Assembly: GCA_031459535.1 (NCBI GenBank)
Contig: JAVKIJ010000042.1
Span: forward strand, 1 to 26,653
Length of the DNA: 26,653 nucleotides
Direction: 5' to 3'
Origin: Candidatus Fervidifonticultor quintus
GTDB taxonomy: Bacteria > Sysuimicrobiota > Sysuimicrobiia > Sysuimicrobiales > Humicultoraceae
Positions 11,413 to 21,936 of this stretch are shown here, piece after piece. Position 1 is the stretch's first letter, and each line of letters starts with the position of its first letter. The notes beneath the pieces are model-generated. The model ran no database searches, had not been told where the DNA came from, and worked only from the letters and a program-made list of their open reading frames with translations. A program made the translations under genes and the position numbers.

Positions 11413-14400
11413 GACGATGGGTGACCCAGGCCGCAGACTGGGGGCCCAGCAGCCCCTCGATCTCCTGGACCACACGCGGCGAGGCCGCCACGCGCAGCTC
11501 ACCCGCCTGCATCTTGACCTCGCGGCCGCCGGCGTGGACGGACAGGAGGACCGTTCGGTCTCCCGGGTAGCGCGCCAAGAGGTCTCTGAGCCGGCGGAGA
11601 CCGGCGTCCCCGTGACGGTCGGCGTCCAGGCGCACGTGCAGCGCAGCATCGGCATCCACGGTGTCAGCGGGCAGAGGACGGGCGCCCGGACCGTCTCCAG
11701 AGTGACCATCGGCGACGCCGGCTGGAACCGGCGCTTCGTCGAGCGGGGTCACCGCGTCCGCCAGGACCTTGACCTGTTGCTCGGCGACGTCCACGCGGCC
11801 GCTCACGACCACCACGGCATCGCGGCGCAGCGCCAGATGGGATTGTTCGTACGTCTTGGGAAAGACGATGACCTCCACCGCGCCAGTGAGGTCTTCCACG
11901 GTGGCGAAGGCCATGGCGGCGCCACTCTTGGTGGTCGTCCGCTTCAAGGCTGTGATCAGGCCGCCGATGACCACCTCGGTGCGGTCGCGCATCTCGGCCA
12001 ACTGGCCGATCACCGCGGTGGTCCGCTGCTCCAGGAGGTCTCGGACGTGACCCAATGGATGGCCCGAGACGTACATGCCCAGCATGTCCCGCTCCATGGC
12101 CAGCAGTTCGGCTCTGGAGAACTCCTCGACCTCCACCGCTTGGCCGGCCGTCGGCGCCTGCGTGCCGTCGTCCAACTCGAAGAGCCCGGTCTGGGACTCC
12201 GCGCGTGCCCGGGCCAGCCGCTGACCCGTGGTCAGGACGGCATCGATCTCCCCGAGCAGCGCAGCGCGCGGCCGGCCCAGTGAGTCGAGGGCCCCGGCCT
12301 TGATCAGGCTCTCCAGCACGCGCTTGTTGACCGTGCGGGTGTCAACGCGGGCGACCAGATCTACTAGCGAGCGAAACGGGCCGCCGGTCTGCCGGGCGCG
12401 GAGGATGGACTCCACGGCGCTGGCGCCCACGTTCTTCACCGCCGCGAGCCCGAACCGGATCGCCTGGCCCACCACGGTGAAGGTGTCCGCGGACTCATTG
12501 ATGTCGGGCGGCAGCACCCGAATGCCGATGCGCTCGCACTCGGCCACCGCGTTGGCCACTTTGACCATCCAGTCCTGGCCCAGGGCCTCGGTGGTCAGCA
12601 CCGCTGCCATGTACTCGACCGGGAAGTTCGCCTTCAGATAGGCGGTCTGGTAGGCGATGAGCCCGTAGCACGCTGCGTGCGCCCGGTTGAACCCGTACCG
12701 GGCGAACGGCTCGAACTGCTCCCAAATGGCCTCGGCCGTGCGCTTGGGCACGCCCCGCTTGCGCGCGCCGGCCAAGAACCCTTCCTTCTGGGCCTCAAGT
12801 TTGTCCTTGATCTTCTTGCGTATGGCATAACAGAGGACATCGGCCTGGGCCAGGGTATATCCCGCAATGGCCTGTGTGACGGCCATGACGTCCTCCTGGT
12901 AGACCATCACCCCGTAGGTGTCGGCGAGCACCGGCTCCATGAGCGGGTGCAGGGTGGTGATCTTCTCCAGCCCGTGCTTGCGTCGGATGTAGGACGGGAT
13001 GTTGGCCATGGGGCCAGGCCGGAACAGCGCCACCATGGCCATGATGTCCTCGATACGCGTGGGCTTGAGGTCCCGGAGGTGCCGGGTCATCCCCGCGCCC
13101 TCGAGTTGGAAGATCCCCACCGTGTCGCCGCGTGACAGCAGCTCGAACGTCGCCCGATCGTCCAGCGGGATCTCCTTGAGGTCGATGGTGATGCCCCGGA
13201 CTTTCTCGATGATCTTGAGCGCACGATCAAGGATGGTCAGGTACGACAGACCCAGGAAGTCCATCTTGAGCAGGCCGATCTTCTCTACCGCGTCCATGTC
13301 GTACTGGGTCATGACCAGGTCACCGCGGGTCGCACGCTGGAGCGGCACCAGGTCCATCAACGGATCGCGGGAGATGATCACACCGGCGGCGTGGGTGCTG
13401 GCGTGGCGCGCGACGCCTTCCAGTTTCTGAGCCAGATCCAGCAGCCGGCCCACGGTTGGGCTTTCCTCTTTGGAGCGGCGCAGGTCGGGATCGGCGCGCA
13501 GAGCCTCATCGAGAGAAGCGTTGAAGGGAATCAGCTTGGCGATGCGATCCACGTCGGCGTAGGGCAACCCCATGACCCGGCCGATGTCGCGGACGGCCTG
13601 CCGGGCCCCCATGGTGCCGAAGGTGATGATCTGGGCCACATGGTCGGCTCCATACTTGTCGATGACGTAACGGATGACCTCGTCACGTCGGCTGTCCATG
13701 AAGTCCACATCGATGTCCGGCATGGTGAATCGCTCGAGGTTGAGGAACCGCTCGAACGGAAGCCGGTACTTCAGCGGGTCCACATCGGTCACGCCCAGGC
13801 TGTAGAGCACCAGGCTGCCGGCGGCCGAGCCGCGCACCGTGGTCAGAATCCCCCGGTCGCGCGCGAACTTGACGAAGTCCATCACGATGAGAAAGTAGGC
13901 TGCGTACCCCGTCTGCTCGATGACCCGCAGCTCCGTGTCCAGCCGCGCCCGCTGTTCATCCGTCGGCCGGCCGTAGAGGCGCCGCAGCCCGGCTTCGCAC
14001 AGCTTGCGCAGATACGAGTCGGCGGTCTCGCCCTCGGGAACCGGGAAGTGCGGCAGCTTGACCCGTCCCAGATCCAGGTCGAGGTTGACGCGACCCGCGA
14101 TGTCGCACGTCGCCCGCAGGGCCTGGGGCACCTCGCTGAACCGGCGCGCCATCTCTTCCGGATTCTTGAGGTAGAACTCCGGGGTCTCGCCCATCCGCGG
14201 CTTGTGGGTGGCATCCAGCGTGACGTTCATCTGGATGCACATCAGGGCGTCCTGGGCCTCCGCCTCGTCCCGGTGCACATAGTGGACATCGTTGGTGGCG
14301 ACGAGCGGGAGGTCCAGCTCGCGGGCCAGCTGCACCATCCCCAAGATGTTACGCTTCTGCTCCGGGAGCCCGTGGTCCTGAATCTCGAGGAAGTAGTTGC

Positions 14401-14908
14401 CGGGACCGAAGATGTCGCGGTAGGCAGCGGCGACCCTACGGGCTTCCGCCAGGTCGTCCCGCAGGATTGCCCTGGGGACCTCGCCCTGCAGACAGCCCGA
14501 GAGTGCCACCAGCCCCTTGCTGTACGTTGCCAGTAGATCGCGGTCCACGCGCGGCTTGTAGTAGAAGCCGTCCAGGTGCGCGATACTGGTCAGGCGCAGC
14601 AGGTTGCGGTACCCTTCCTGGTCCATGGCCAGCAGGACCAGATGGTAGGGGTTCGTATCGAGCTTGGGGTCGCGGTCGGTGTGCCGGCGCGGCGCCACGT
14701 AGGCCTCTACGCCAATGATGGGTGTCAGACCATGTTGGCGGGCCTGGAGGTAGAACTCGATGACGCCGTACATGGCGCCGTGATCGGTCACGGCGATGGC
14801 GGGCATGCCGGCCGCAACCGCGGCCCGCATCAGCGGCTCGATCCGGCTGGCTCCATCCAGCAAGGAGTACTCGGTGTGCAGGTGGCAGTGTACGAATGGA
14901 TCGGGCAT
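11405..14908 (-). CDS. dnaE: DNA polymerase III alpha subunit
   Basis: PHP domain (HLHTEYSLLDG, TDHG, TNDVHY), RGSAAGS, MPDIDVDF, KMDFLGL, YGFNRAHA, C-terminal OB fold; 1167 aa. Confidence 0.99.
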   Translation of the reverse strand: MPDPFVHCHLHTEYSLLDGASRIEPLMRAAVAAGMPAIAVTDHGAMYGVIEFYLQARQHGLTPIIGVEAYVAPRRHTDRDPKLDTNPYHLVLLAMDQEGYRNLLRLTSIAHLDGFYYKPRVDRDLLATYSKGLVALSGCLQGEVPRAILRDDLAEARRVAAAYRDIFGPGNYFLEIQDHGLPEQKRNILGMVQLARELDLPLVATNDVHYVHRDEAEAQDALMCIQMNVTLDATHKPRMGETPEFYLKNPEEMARRFSEVPQALRATCDIAGRVNLDLDLGRVKLPHFPVPEGETADSYLRKLCEAGLRRLYGRPTDEQRARLDTELRVIEQTGYAAYFLIVMDFVKFARDRGILTTVRGSAAGSLVLYSLGVTDVDPLKYRLPFERFLNLERFTMPDIDVDFMDSRRDEVIRYVIDKYGADHVAQIITFGTMGARQAVRDIGRVMGLPYADVDRIAKLIPFNASLDEALRADPDLRRSKEESPTVGRLLDLAQKLEGVARHASTHAAGVIISRDPLMDLVPLQRATRGDLVMTQYDMDAVEKIGLLKMDFLGLSYLTILDRALKIIEKVRGITIDLKEIPLDDRATFELLSRGDTVGIFQLEGAGMTRHLRDLKPTRIEDIMAMVALFRPGPMANIPSYIRRKHGLEKITTLHPLMEPVLADTYGVMVYQEDVMAVTQAIAGYTLAQADVLCYAIRKKIKDKLEAQKEGFLAGARKRGVPKRTAEAIWEQFEPFARYGFNRAHAACYGLIAYQTAYLKANFPVEYMAAVLTTEALGQDWMVKVANAVAECERIGIRVLPPDINESADTFTVVGQAIRFGLAAVKNVGASAVESILRARQTGGPFRSLVDLVARVDTRTVNKRVLESLIKAGALDSLGRPRAALLGEIDAVLTTGQRLARARAESQTGLFELDDGTQAPTAGQAVEVEEFSRAELLAMERDMLGMYVSGHPLGHVRDLLEQRTTAVIGQLAEMRDRTEVVIGGLITALKRTTTKSGAAMAFATVEDLTGAVEVIVFPKTYEQSHLALRRDAVVVVSGRVDVAEQQVKVLADAVTPLDEAPVPAGVADGHSGDGPGARPLPADTVDADAALHVRLDADRHGDAGLRRLRDLLARYPGDRTVLLSVHAGGREVKMQAGELRVAASPRVVQEIEGLLGPQSAAWVTHRHG

Positions 14909-14920
14909 GGGCTCACGAGG

Positions 14921-14931
14921 ATTGTAGCACA
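14921..14931 (-). promoter_or_regulatory. Extended -10 promoter (TGTGCTACAAT) for the dnaE operon
   Basis: TRTG-n-TACAAT on the minus strand, 12 nt before ATG 14908; no Shine-Dalgarno in between. Confidence 0.65.
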
Positions 14932-14962
14932 GCCGGCCCGGGGGCCGGGGCGCGGGTGTCGC

Positions 14963-16417
14963 CTACCCGGCCCGCCGCAGCGCCGCCACGATGTGGACGT
15001 GGCTGGTCTGCGGCAACAGATCCACGGGCTGGATCAGCACGGCCTCGTAGCCGGCGCGCCGCCACGCCACCAAGTCCCGAGCGCAGGTGCCCAGAGCCCT
15101 GGCCACATAGACCACTCGGGGCACGCCCGCCGCAGCCACGGCGCCGATCATCGGACCGGCGACGCCCGGCCCCTCGGCCGTCACCACCACCACATCGGGC
15201 TGCCGGCGAGCCGCGATCGCCGCCAGGACGTCGGGCGGATCCCGCACGGTGAACAGGGCGTTGGGTACGCCGTTCGCACGCGCGGCATCCCAGGCGTCGG
15301 CAGCCGCCCGGCGCCCTGAGACGACACCCGTGACCCCTTCGCAGGTCTGCGCCAGGGCCAGCGCCACAACTGGCGTCTGGGCTGCCAGATCCAGGGCCAC
15401 GTCGCCGGCGCGGACCTCAGCGGCCCGCACGATGGCCTCAATCAGCAGATCCATCGCCCGGGGGTTGGCGGGCATCTCGGTCGTCGGTCGCACCCGCACG
15501 CGGAACCCCCTGATCTGTTCCTCCAGGTGATCACGGCCCCAGAGCAGCCGCAGCCTCGGGCCCAGCAGATCGGGTGAGGGCCCCGGCTGCACACAGTTGA
15601 GGATACCCACCAGGCCGGGTACTCGATCGATGAAGGCACGCACGGCGCCGGTGGGATCGGGCAGCGGGGCCGTGGTCGAGAGAGTGAGCAGGCCCTCGCC
15701 GGTGGTGAAGGAGACGATGCCCACGATCCCCCGCACGAGCCCCGTGGCTCTGGCGCGGTCGTAGATGGACAACCGCAATCCACAGACAGCCTCCTTGGCT
15801 ACCCGCAGCGCGACCTCGTTGAGCGGATGCTGCACCGGGCACTGAACGATGTCGAGCACCCGCGACGAGCCTGACCCGTGATAGCCGAGGACCACCTCGC
15901 CGCCGCGCTCGGCGAAGACGACCCGCATGACGTTGCGGTACGCCCACGCCTCGCCGCCAAGGGTGTCCGCCACCAGGTCGCGGCGCAGGTTGGCGTGCTC
16001 CTTCAGGTAGTCCTTGACCAGCCGCGTCTTGAGGCGCCGCTGAGCCTCCAGGGCCAAGTGCTGCCACTGACAGCCCCCGCAGCGCCCGAAGTGCACGCAT
16101 CGCGCGGGATGGACGTCGGGCGACTTCCGCAGCAATGCCACCAGCCGGCCATCGGCGCGGCGACCACCCTTGGTGACTTCGACCACGGCTTCTTCTCCGG
16201 GCACCCCGAAGGGCACCGAGAGGCGCACAGCGCCCAGGCGGACCGTAGCCGCACCGTCGGGGTCGACGCCTGAAAAGCGCACCGTCAGCCGGTCGCCGAC
16301 CCGGACGGTGCCCAGACCGTCCCGGCGCGGATGGCGGGTGGGAGCCTGGGGCCCGGGGATCAGACGGCTGGCGCGGGTTCTGCGCGACCGGTGCGCGGGC
16401 GAGGGGGAGGCGCTCAT
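14963..16417 (-). CDS. RlmD/TrmA-family m5U methyltransferase homologue with degenerate catalytic motifs
   Basis: TRAM-like region ([14 protein letters not shown]), [14 protein letters not shown] plus QCPVQHP Fe-S cysteines, YRN, C-terminal [17 protein letters not shown] overlap with the gatB stop. Symbol withheld because catalytic residues are missing. Confidence 0.85.
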   Translation of the reverse strand: MSASPSPAHRSRRTRASRLIPGPQAPTRHPRRDGLGTVRVGDRLTVRFSGVDPDGAATVRLGAVRLSVPFGVPGEEAVVEVTKGGRRADGRLVALLRKSPDVHPARCVHFGRCGGCQWQHLALEAQRRLKTRLVKDYLKEHANLRRDLVADTLGGEAWAYRNVMRVVFAERGGEVVLGYHGSGSSRVLDIVQCPVQHPLNEVALRVAKEAVCGLRLSIYDRARATGLVRGIVGIVSFTTGEGLLTLSTTAPLPDPTGAVRAFIDRVPGLVGILNCVQPGPSPDLLGPRLRLLWGRDHLEEQIRGFRVRVRPTTEMPANPRAMDLLIEAIVRAAEVRAGDVALDLAAQTPVVALALAQTCEGVTGVVSGRRAAADAWDAARANGVPNALFTVRDPPDVLAAIAARRQPDVVVVTAEGPGVAGPMIGAVAAAGVPRVVYVARALGTCARDLVAWRRAGYEAVLIQPVDLLPQTSHVHIVAALRRAG

Positions 16418-17880
16418 CGGCCCAGGTGCTCGCGCAGCAGGCGCTGCACGGTCTCGGGGTTCGCCCTGCCCCCGGTGGCCTTCATGATCTGCCCCACCAG
16501 GAAGCCCAGAGCCCGCTCCTTGCCGGCCCGGACGTCGGCGACCGGCCCGGGATGCTGGGCGATGACGCCAGCCACGACCTGCCGCAGCGTCTCCTCATCG
16601 CTGATCTGCCGCAGCCCCCGGGCCGCCACGATCGCCGACGCCTCCTGATCGGTCGCGATCATCTCGACCAGCACGTCCTTGGCGGTGCGGCCGCTGAGCG
16701 TGCCGTCTTCGACGAGGCGGAGCAGGTCAGCCAGGCGCACCGGGGTCAGCGAGATCTGATCGATCTCGACGTTGCGCTCGTTGAGGTACGCGGCCACCTC
16801 ACCGGTGAGCCAGTTGGCCACCATCTTGGGCTGGGCGAACCGTGCGACGGTCGCCTCGAAGAACCCGGCCATCGCCGGCGACGAGGTGAGCAGGTCAGCA
16901 TCGTAGGCCGACAGGCCGTAGGCCACCATGAACCGTTCGCGGCGCGCAGCGGGCAGCTCGGGCAGTTCAGCCCGAATCCGCTCCAGCCAGGCCGCATCCA
17001 CCTCGAGCGGCACCAGGTCCGGCTCGGGGAAATAGCGGTAGTCCTGGGCCTCCTCCTTGGAGCGCGACCCGAACGTGACGGCCCGGCGCTCGTCCCAGTG
17101 GCGAGTCTCCTGTACGACGGGCTCCCCGCGGGCCAACCCCTCGGCCTGGCGTGCCACCTCGAAGGCGAGGGCGCGCTCGACCGAGCGGATCGAGTTCATG
17201 TTCTTGACTTCGGTCCTGGTCCCGGGCGGGCCACCTGGGAGCCGCAGTGACACGTTGGCATCGCAGCGCAGGGTTCCCTCTTCCATCCGGCCCGTGCTGA
17301 CCTCGGCAAACTGGAGCAGCCGTCGTAAGGCCAGCAGGTACTCCCTCGCCTCGGCGGGTGACCGGAGATCGGGCTCGGTCACGACCTCCATCAGCGGGAT
17401 GCCCGACCGGTTGTAGTCCACGAGGCTCCGATCGCCGGCCTCCGGCCCGTCAGGATGCACGAGCCGCCCGGTGTCCTCTTCCAGGTGCACGCGTCGGATG
17501 CGGATGGGGCGGCGCTCGCCGGCGACGGCAATCTCGAGCAGCCCGTCAGTGGCCAGCGGCGGGTGATCGGCATACTGGTACTGGGAGATCTGGTAGTTCT
17601 TCGGCAGGTCGGGGTAGTAGTAGTTCTTGCGGTGGAACTGGCTGCGGGTCCAGACGCGGCAGTTCAGCGCCAGGGCGGTACGGAGCGCCAGCTCCACCGC
17701 ACGCCGGTTGATGACCGGTAGCGCACCGGGCAGGCCCAGGCAGACGGGACAGACCAGCGTGTTGGGGGGCGCACCGAACGTGGTGGCGCAGCCGCAGAAC
17801 ATCTTCGACGCGGTCAGGAGCTGGACATGGATCTCCAGGCCGATGATCGTCTCGTAGGCCAACGGCGGGTGGGCCATCAT
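16414..17880 (-). CDS. gatB: Asp-tRNA(Asn)/Glu-tRNA(Gln) amidotransferase subunit B
   Basis: [66 protein letters not shown]; start ATG 17880 (ATGA overlap with the gatA stop), 488 aa. Confidence 0.98.
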   Translation of the reverse strand: MMAHPPLAYETIIGLEIHVQLLTASKMFCGCATTFGAPPNTLVCPVCLGLPGALPVINRRAVELALRTALALNCRVWTRSQFHRKNYYYPDLPKNYQISQYQYADHPPLATDGLLEIAVAGERRPIRIRRVHLEEDTGRLVHPDGPEAGDRSLVDYNRSGIPLMEVVTEPDLRSPAEAREYLLALRRLLQFAEVSTGRMEEGTLRCDANVSLRLPGGPPGTRTEVKNMNSIRSVERALAFEVARQAEGLARGEPVVQETRHWDERRAVTFGSRSKEEAQDYRYFPEPDLVPLEVDAAWLERIRAELPELPAARRERFMVAYGLSAYDADLLTSSPAMAGFFEATVARFAQPKMVANWLTGEVAAYLNERNVEIDQISLTPVRLADLLRLVEDGTLSGRTAKDVLVEMIATDQEASAIVAARGLRQISDEETLRQVVAGVIAQHPGPVADVRAGKERALGFLVGQIMKATGGRANPETVQRLLREHLGR

Positions 17881-19364
17881 GTTGACGATGCAGCGCCGTC
17901 CAGCGGCGGGCGCTGCCGGTGCCAGCTGGTCGCCTGCTGGAAGGCCCACCCGGCACGCAGCGCCACGGACTCGGCGAACGGGCGGGCGATGAGCTGCAAC
18001 CCGACCGGCAGGCCGCGATCGAACCCGCACGGAATCGCCAGACCGGGCAGTCCTGCCAGATTGACCGGAATGGTGAAGATGTCGGAAAGATACATGGTCA
18101 GCGGATCTTCCACCTTCTCGCCGAGCCCGAACGCTGGCCCGGGGGCCACCGGCATCACCACCAGGTCCACGCGCTGGAAGGCGCGCTCGAAGTCTCTGGC
18201 GACCAGCGTTCTGACCTTCTGCGCCTTGATGTAATAGGCCTCGTAGTAGCCGGCCGACAGGGCGTAGGTGCCCAGCATGATCCGTCGCTTGACCTCCGCG
18301 CCAAACCCCTGCCGCCGGGTCTGCGCGTACATGGTCAAGAGGTCGTCACCGGGCACCCGCAGGCCGTATTGCACGCCGTCATAGCGCGCCAGGTTCGACG
18401 AGGCCTCCGCCGGCGCCAGGATGTAGTAGGTCGGCAGGGCGGCGTCCAGGGTCGGCAAGGTGATCTCCTCGACCGGCAGGCCCAGCGACTCGAAGACGCG
18501 CAGCGCACGGCGCAGCGCCTCGGCCACGCCCGGCTCCACGCCCGAGCCCAGGGCCTCGGCGGGCACACCGAGACGGAGCCCCCTGGCCCCGACCTCGAGC
18601 TCGGCCAGGTAGTTGGGCACCGACACCTCCACCGAGGTGGAGTCCAGCGGATCGTGGCCTGCGATCACCGTCAGAAGCAGGGCGCAGTCGGCGACATCGC
18701 GCGCGAGAGGGCCGATCTGATCCAGCGACGAGGCGAAGGCGACCAGGCCGTAGCGCGAGACGCGGCCGTAGGTAGGTTTCAGGCCGGTGACGCCGCAATA
18801 GGCAGCCGGCAGCCGGACAGAACCCCCCGTGTCCGACCCCAGCGCCAGTGGCACGAACCCCGCGGCCACTGCTGCCGCGGAGCCACCACTGGAGCCTCCG
18901 GGCACCCTGGTCCGATCCCACGGATTCCTCGTCGGTCCGTAGGCCGAGTTCTCCGTGGACGAGCCCATGGCGAACTCGTCCATGTTGGTCTTGCCCACGA
19001 TGACCGCCCCGGCCTGCCGGAGGCGCGCCACCACCGTGGCATCATAGGGCGGCCGCCACCCGTCCAGGATCCGGGAACCACAGGTGGTGGGGACGCCCCG
19101 CGTGCACAGGTTGTCCTTGAGCGCCGCCGGCACCCCGGCCAGGGGCGGCAACCCATCGGCCGAACCCGCCCGGGCGAACTCGTCGTCCCAGCGGCGCGCC
19201 TCGGCGCGCACCCCCTCCGGGTCGAGATGCAGGAACGCCCCCAGATCGCCATCCAGGCGGGCGATGCGGTCCAGGGCGGCGTCTGCGACCTCGGACGGCT
19301 TCAGGGAGCCGGCGGCGTACGCGGCGCGCAGCGCCCTCGCGGTCATGTACGGCGAGGGGATCAT
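17877..19364 (-). CDS. gatA: Asp-tRNA(Asn)/Glu-tRNA(Gln) amidotransferase subunit A
   Basis: Amidase signature [55 protein letters not shown]. Confidence 0.98.
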   Translation of the reverse strand: MIPSPYMTARALRAAYAAGSLKPSEVADAALDRIARLDGDLGAFLHLDPEGVRAEARRWDDEFARAGSADGLPPLAGVPAALKDNLCTRGVPTTCGSRILDGWRPPYDATVVARLRQAGAVIVGKTNMDEFAMGSSTENSAYGPTRNPWDRTRVPGGSSGGSAAAVAAGFVPLALGSDTGGSVRLPAAYCGVTGLKPTYGRVSRYGLVAFASSLDQIGPLARDVADCALLLTVIAGHDPLDSTSVEVSVPNYLAELEVGARGLRLGVPAEALGSGVEPGVAEALRRALRVFESLGLPVEEITLPTLDAALPTYYILAPAEASSNLARYDGVQYGLRVPGDDLLTMYAQTRRQGFGAEVKRRIMLGTYALSAGYYEAYYIKAQKVRTLVARDFERAFQRVDLVVMPVAPGPAFGLGEKVEDPLTMYLSDIFTIPVNLAGLPGLAIPCGFDRGLPVGLQLIARPFAESVALRAGWAFQQATSWHRQRPPLDGAASST

Positions 19365-19371
19365 GGTTGGG

Positions 19372-19665
19372 CTACTCGGCCTCGAAGACCCGTGGCACGA
19401 CGAAGAAGCCCTCCGCGTGCGCTGGCGCCCCGGCCAGGACTTCGTCCCGCGGAAGCGAGGGTGTCACCATGTCGGGCCGCATCACGTTGGTCAGGGGCAG
19501 CACGTGGGAGGTGGCGGGTACGCCCTCGATGGGTATCCGGTCGAGACTGGCACAGTACTCCAGGATCCGGGCCAACTGACCGGCGAACCGCTCCCGCTCG
19601 TCATCGCTCAGCGCGAGCCGCGCGAGTTGCGCCACGTGCTCTACCGTCGCCCCGTCAATCACCAT
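19372..19665 (-). CDS. gatC: Asp-tRNA(Asn)/Glu-tRNA(Gln) amidotransferase subunit C
   Basis: [17 protein letters not shown]...[14 protein letters not shown]...FFVVPRV; start ATG 19665 (97 aa) or GTG 19668. Confidence 0.96.
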   Translation of the reverse strand: MVIDGATVEHVAQLARLALSDDERERFAGQLARILEYCASLDRIPIEGVPATSHVLPLTNVMRPDMVTPSLPRDEVLAGAPAHAEGFFVVPRVFEAE

Positions 19666-19753
19666 CACACATTCACCGATCGGGCAGGCTCGCCGGGATG
19701 AGCCCGGAGCAACCCTTCCGAAAGAGGGGAAACGCGGAGTGCCGTCAACGCCC

Positions 19754-19777
19754 GGGGGAGGTCGGCTGACCTCCCCC
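19754..19777 (-). terminator. Perfect 10-bp hairpin after the ABC operon, probable terminator or 3'-stabiliser
   Basis: GGGGGAGGTC-4 nt loop-GACCTCCCCC, 7 nt after the ATPase stop codon; lacks a U-tract. Confidence 0.6.
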
Positions 19778-19784
19778 ACATGAC

Positions 19785-20822
19785 CTACGCCGTCGACACC
19801 TTGAGCACCGCCGCCCGGCTGCGCTGGTGCCGGAACGGCAGCACCTCACACGCCACATAGTGCCCGCCGCCAATATCCACTAGCTCCTGGTCGTTGACCT
19901 TGCAGGACTCCTTGGCGTACAGGCAGCGGGTGTGGAACCGGCAGCCCTTGGGGGGATTGACCGGGCTCGGCACGTCGCCGGGCAGGATGATGCGCTCACG
20001 GCGGATCGCCGGGTCGGGAATCGGCACCGCCGACAGCAGCGCCTCGGTGTATGGGTGCTGGGGATTGGCAAAGAGTTCCTCGGCGGGCGCGACCTCGACG
20101 ATCTTGCCCAGATACATGACCGCGATGCGGTCGCTGATGTGCTTGACGACCGACAGGTCGTGGGCGATGAACAGGTAGGTAAGCCCAAACTCCCGCTGCA
20201 GCTCCTCCAGCAGGTTCAGGACCTGGGCCTGGATCGAGACGTCCAGGGCCGAGACGGGCTCGTCGCAGATGATGAGCTTCGGATTCACCGCCAGGGCCCG
20301 TGCGATCCCAATACGCTGCCGCTGGCCGCCGGAGAACTCGTGGGGATAGCGGTTGGCGTGATAGGGTGACAGCCCCACGACCTCGAGCAGCTCCTGGACC
20401 CGGCGGACCTTCTCCTTCCCCCGGGCCAGGTTGTGGATCTCCAGGGGTTCGCCGATGATGTCGCCCACCGTCATGCGGGGGTTGAGGGACGAGTACGGGT
20501 CCTGAAAGATGATCTGCATGTTGCGCCGCATTCGACGCAGCTCTTCCTTGGTGAGCGCGAAGATGTTACGGCCTTCGAAGTACGCTTCGCCCGCCGTGGG
20601 TTCCATCAACCGCAGGATAACCCGGCCGGTAGTCGTCTTGCCACAGCCCGACTCGCCCACGAGGCCCAGGGTCTCGCCCTTTCGAATGAAGAACGAGACG
20701 TCGTCGACGGCCTTCACGGCTCCGACCTGCCGCTGGAAGATGAACCCCTTCGTGATCGGAAAGTACTTCCTGAGGTTCTTGACCTCCAGGATGATCTCGC
20801 CGTTGGTGCTTCCGGTTGCCAC
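19785..20822 (-). CDS. oppF: Oligopeptide/dipeptide ABC transporter ATPase (OppF/DppF type)
   Basis: [40 protein letters not shown]-terminal [10 protein letters not shown]; start GTG 20822 after AGGAGG. Confidence 0.92.
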   Translation of the reverse strand: MATGSTNGEIILEVKNLRKYFPITKGFIFQRQVGAVKAVDDVSFFIRKGETLGLVGESGCGKTTTGRVILRLMEPTAGEAYFEGRNIFALTKEELRRMRRNMQIIFQDPYSSLNPRMTVGDIIGEPLEIHNLARGKEKVRRVQELLEVVGLSPYHANRYPHEFSGGQRQRIGIARALAVNPKLIICDEPVSALDVSIQAQVLNLLEELQREFGLTYLFIAHDLSVVKHISDRIAVMYLGKIVEVAPAEELFANPQHPYTEALLSAVPIPDPAIRRERIILPGDVPSPVNPPKGCRFHTRCLYAKESCKVNDQELVDIGGGHYVACEVLPFRHQRSRAAVLKVSTA

Positions 20823-20832
20823 AGCGTACCTC

Positions 20833-21870
20833 CTACGATCCCCGCGTTGATGCCAGCAGTCCAGCCTGCTCCGCGGCCTTCTTCTCCTCGGGCGTGGCGT
20901 GCTCGGTGTACAGGTAGCACTTGGCGTAGTGCCCGGCGGCGATGTCCACGTCTGGCGGATCCTCCTGGACGCAGATCTCCATGGCGAAGGGGCACCGGGG
21001 CGCGAACGGACAGCCGGGCGGCAGGTCAATCAGGCTCGGTGGCTGCCCCTCGATGGGGATCAGGCGCTCCTTGCGCTCGTAGAGCTTCGGAATGGAGTGG
21101 AGCAGACCCCAGGTGTACGGGTGCTTGGGATCCTGGAAGGTCCGCCGAACATCGGTGTGCTCCACCGGCTTGCCAGCGTACATGACGACCACGTTGTCGC
21201 ACATCTCGGCCACCACGCCCAGGTTGTGGGTGATCATGATGACCGCCATGTGGAACTCCCGCTGCAGCTCCCGGATCAGCTCGAGGATCTGCGCCTGGAT
21301 GGTCACGTCCAGGGCCGTGGTGGGCTCGTCGGCGATCAGGATCGAAGGGTTGCACGACAGGGCCATGGCGATCATGACGCGCTGCCGCATGCCGCCCGAG
21401 AACTGGTGCGGGTAGTCCTTGACGCGCTCGCGGGCCAGGGGGATCTTGACCCGCTCCAGCATCTCGATGGCGCGCTCCCAGGCCGCCTTCTTGTCCAGCT
21501 TCTGGTGCAGGATCACCGCCTCGGCGATCTGCTCCCCGATGGTCAGCACCGGGTTGAGGGAGGTCATCGGCTCCTGGAAGATCATGGCGATCCGGTTGCC
21601 CCGGATGTGGCGCATCTCCTCGTCTGAGAGCTTGAGCAGGTCCCTGCCCTCGAAGATGATCTCGCCCTCTACGATCTTGCCCGGGGGGCTGGCAATGAGC
21701 CGCATCACGGACAGCGCGTGCACGCTCTTGCCGCAGCCCGACTCGCCCACGATCCCCAGGGTGCCGCCCCTGGGCAGGTCATAGGAGAGGCCGTCGACCG
21801 CCTTGACGACCCCCTCATCGGTGTAGAAGTAGGTCTTGAGATTCCGAACGGACAGCAGCGGTTCCGCCAC
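20833..21870 (-). CDS. oppD: Oligopeptide/dipeptide ABC transporter ATPase (OppD/DppD type)
   Basis: [37 protein letters not shown]-terminal [10 protein letters not shown]; start GTG 21870 (GAGGTGA upstream) or 21879. Confidence 0.92.
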   Translation of the reverse strand: MAEPLLSVRNLKTYFYTDEGVVKAVDGLSYDLPRGGTLGIVGESGCGKSVHALSVMRLIASPPGKIVEGEIIFEGRDLLKLSDEEMRHIRGNRIAMIFQEPMTSLNPVLTIGEQIAEAVILHQKLDKKAAWERAIEMLERVKIPLARERVKDYPHQFSGGMRQRVMIAMALSCNPSILIADEPTTALDVTIQAQILELIRELQREFHMAVIMITHNLGVVAEMCDNVVVMYAGKPVEHTDVRRTFQDPKHPYTWGLLHSIPKLYERKERLIPIEGQPPSLIDLPPGCPFAPRCPFAMEICVQEDPPDVDIAAGHYAKCYLYTEHATPEEKKAAEQAGLLASTRGS

Positions 21871-21936
21871 GCCACTCACCTCTCCGATGTCCCGGTGAAT
21901 TTCTCCGCAGCGGTCACGAATCCTCCGTGCACCCCC

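Noticed and set aside
11405..14908. Intein in DnaE or PolA
   Set aside because: Both proteins are of normal length and no splice-junction motifs or insertions are evident.
19700..19720. T-box-like string (minus strand AAGGGTTGCTCCG) upstream of gatC
   Set aside because: The essential UGGN bulge reads UUGC and the leader is too short for stem I.
19705..19745. Resemblance to the c-di-GMP-I riboswitch P2 stem (GCAACCCTTCCGAAAGAGGGGAAACGC)
   Set aside because: It is on the strand opposite the flanking genes and no following stem with a tetraloop receptor is visible.
11413..21029. N-terminal extensions in the ORF track for the TlpA-like gene (11709), gatB (18030), gatC (19779) and oppF (21029)
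   Set aside because: They overlap upstream genes or the hairpin; better starts exist at 11412, 17880, 19665 and 20822.
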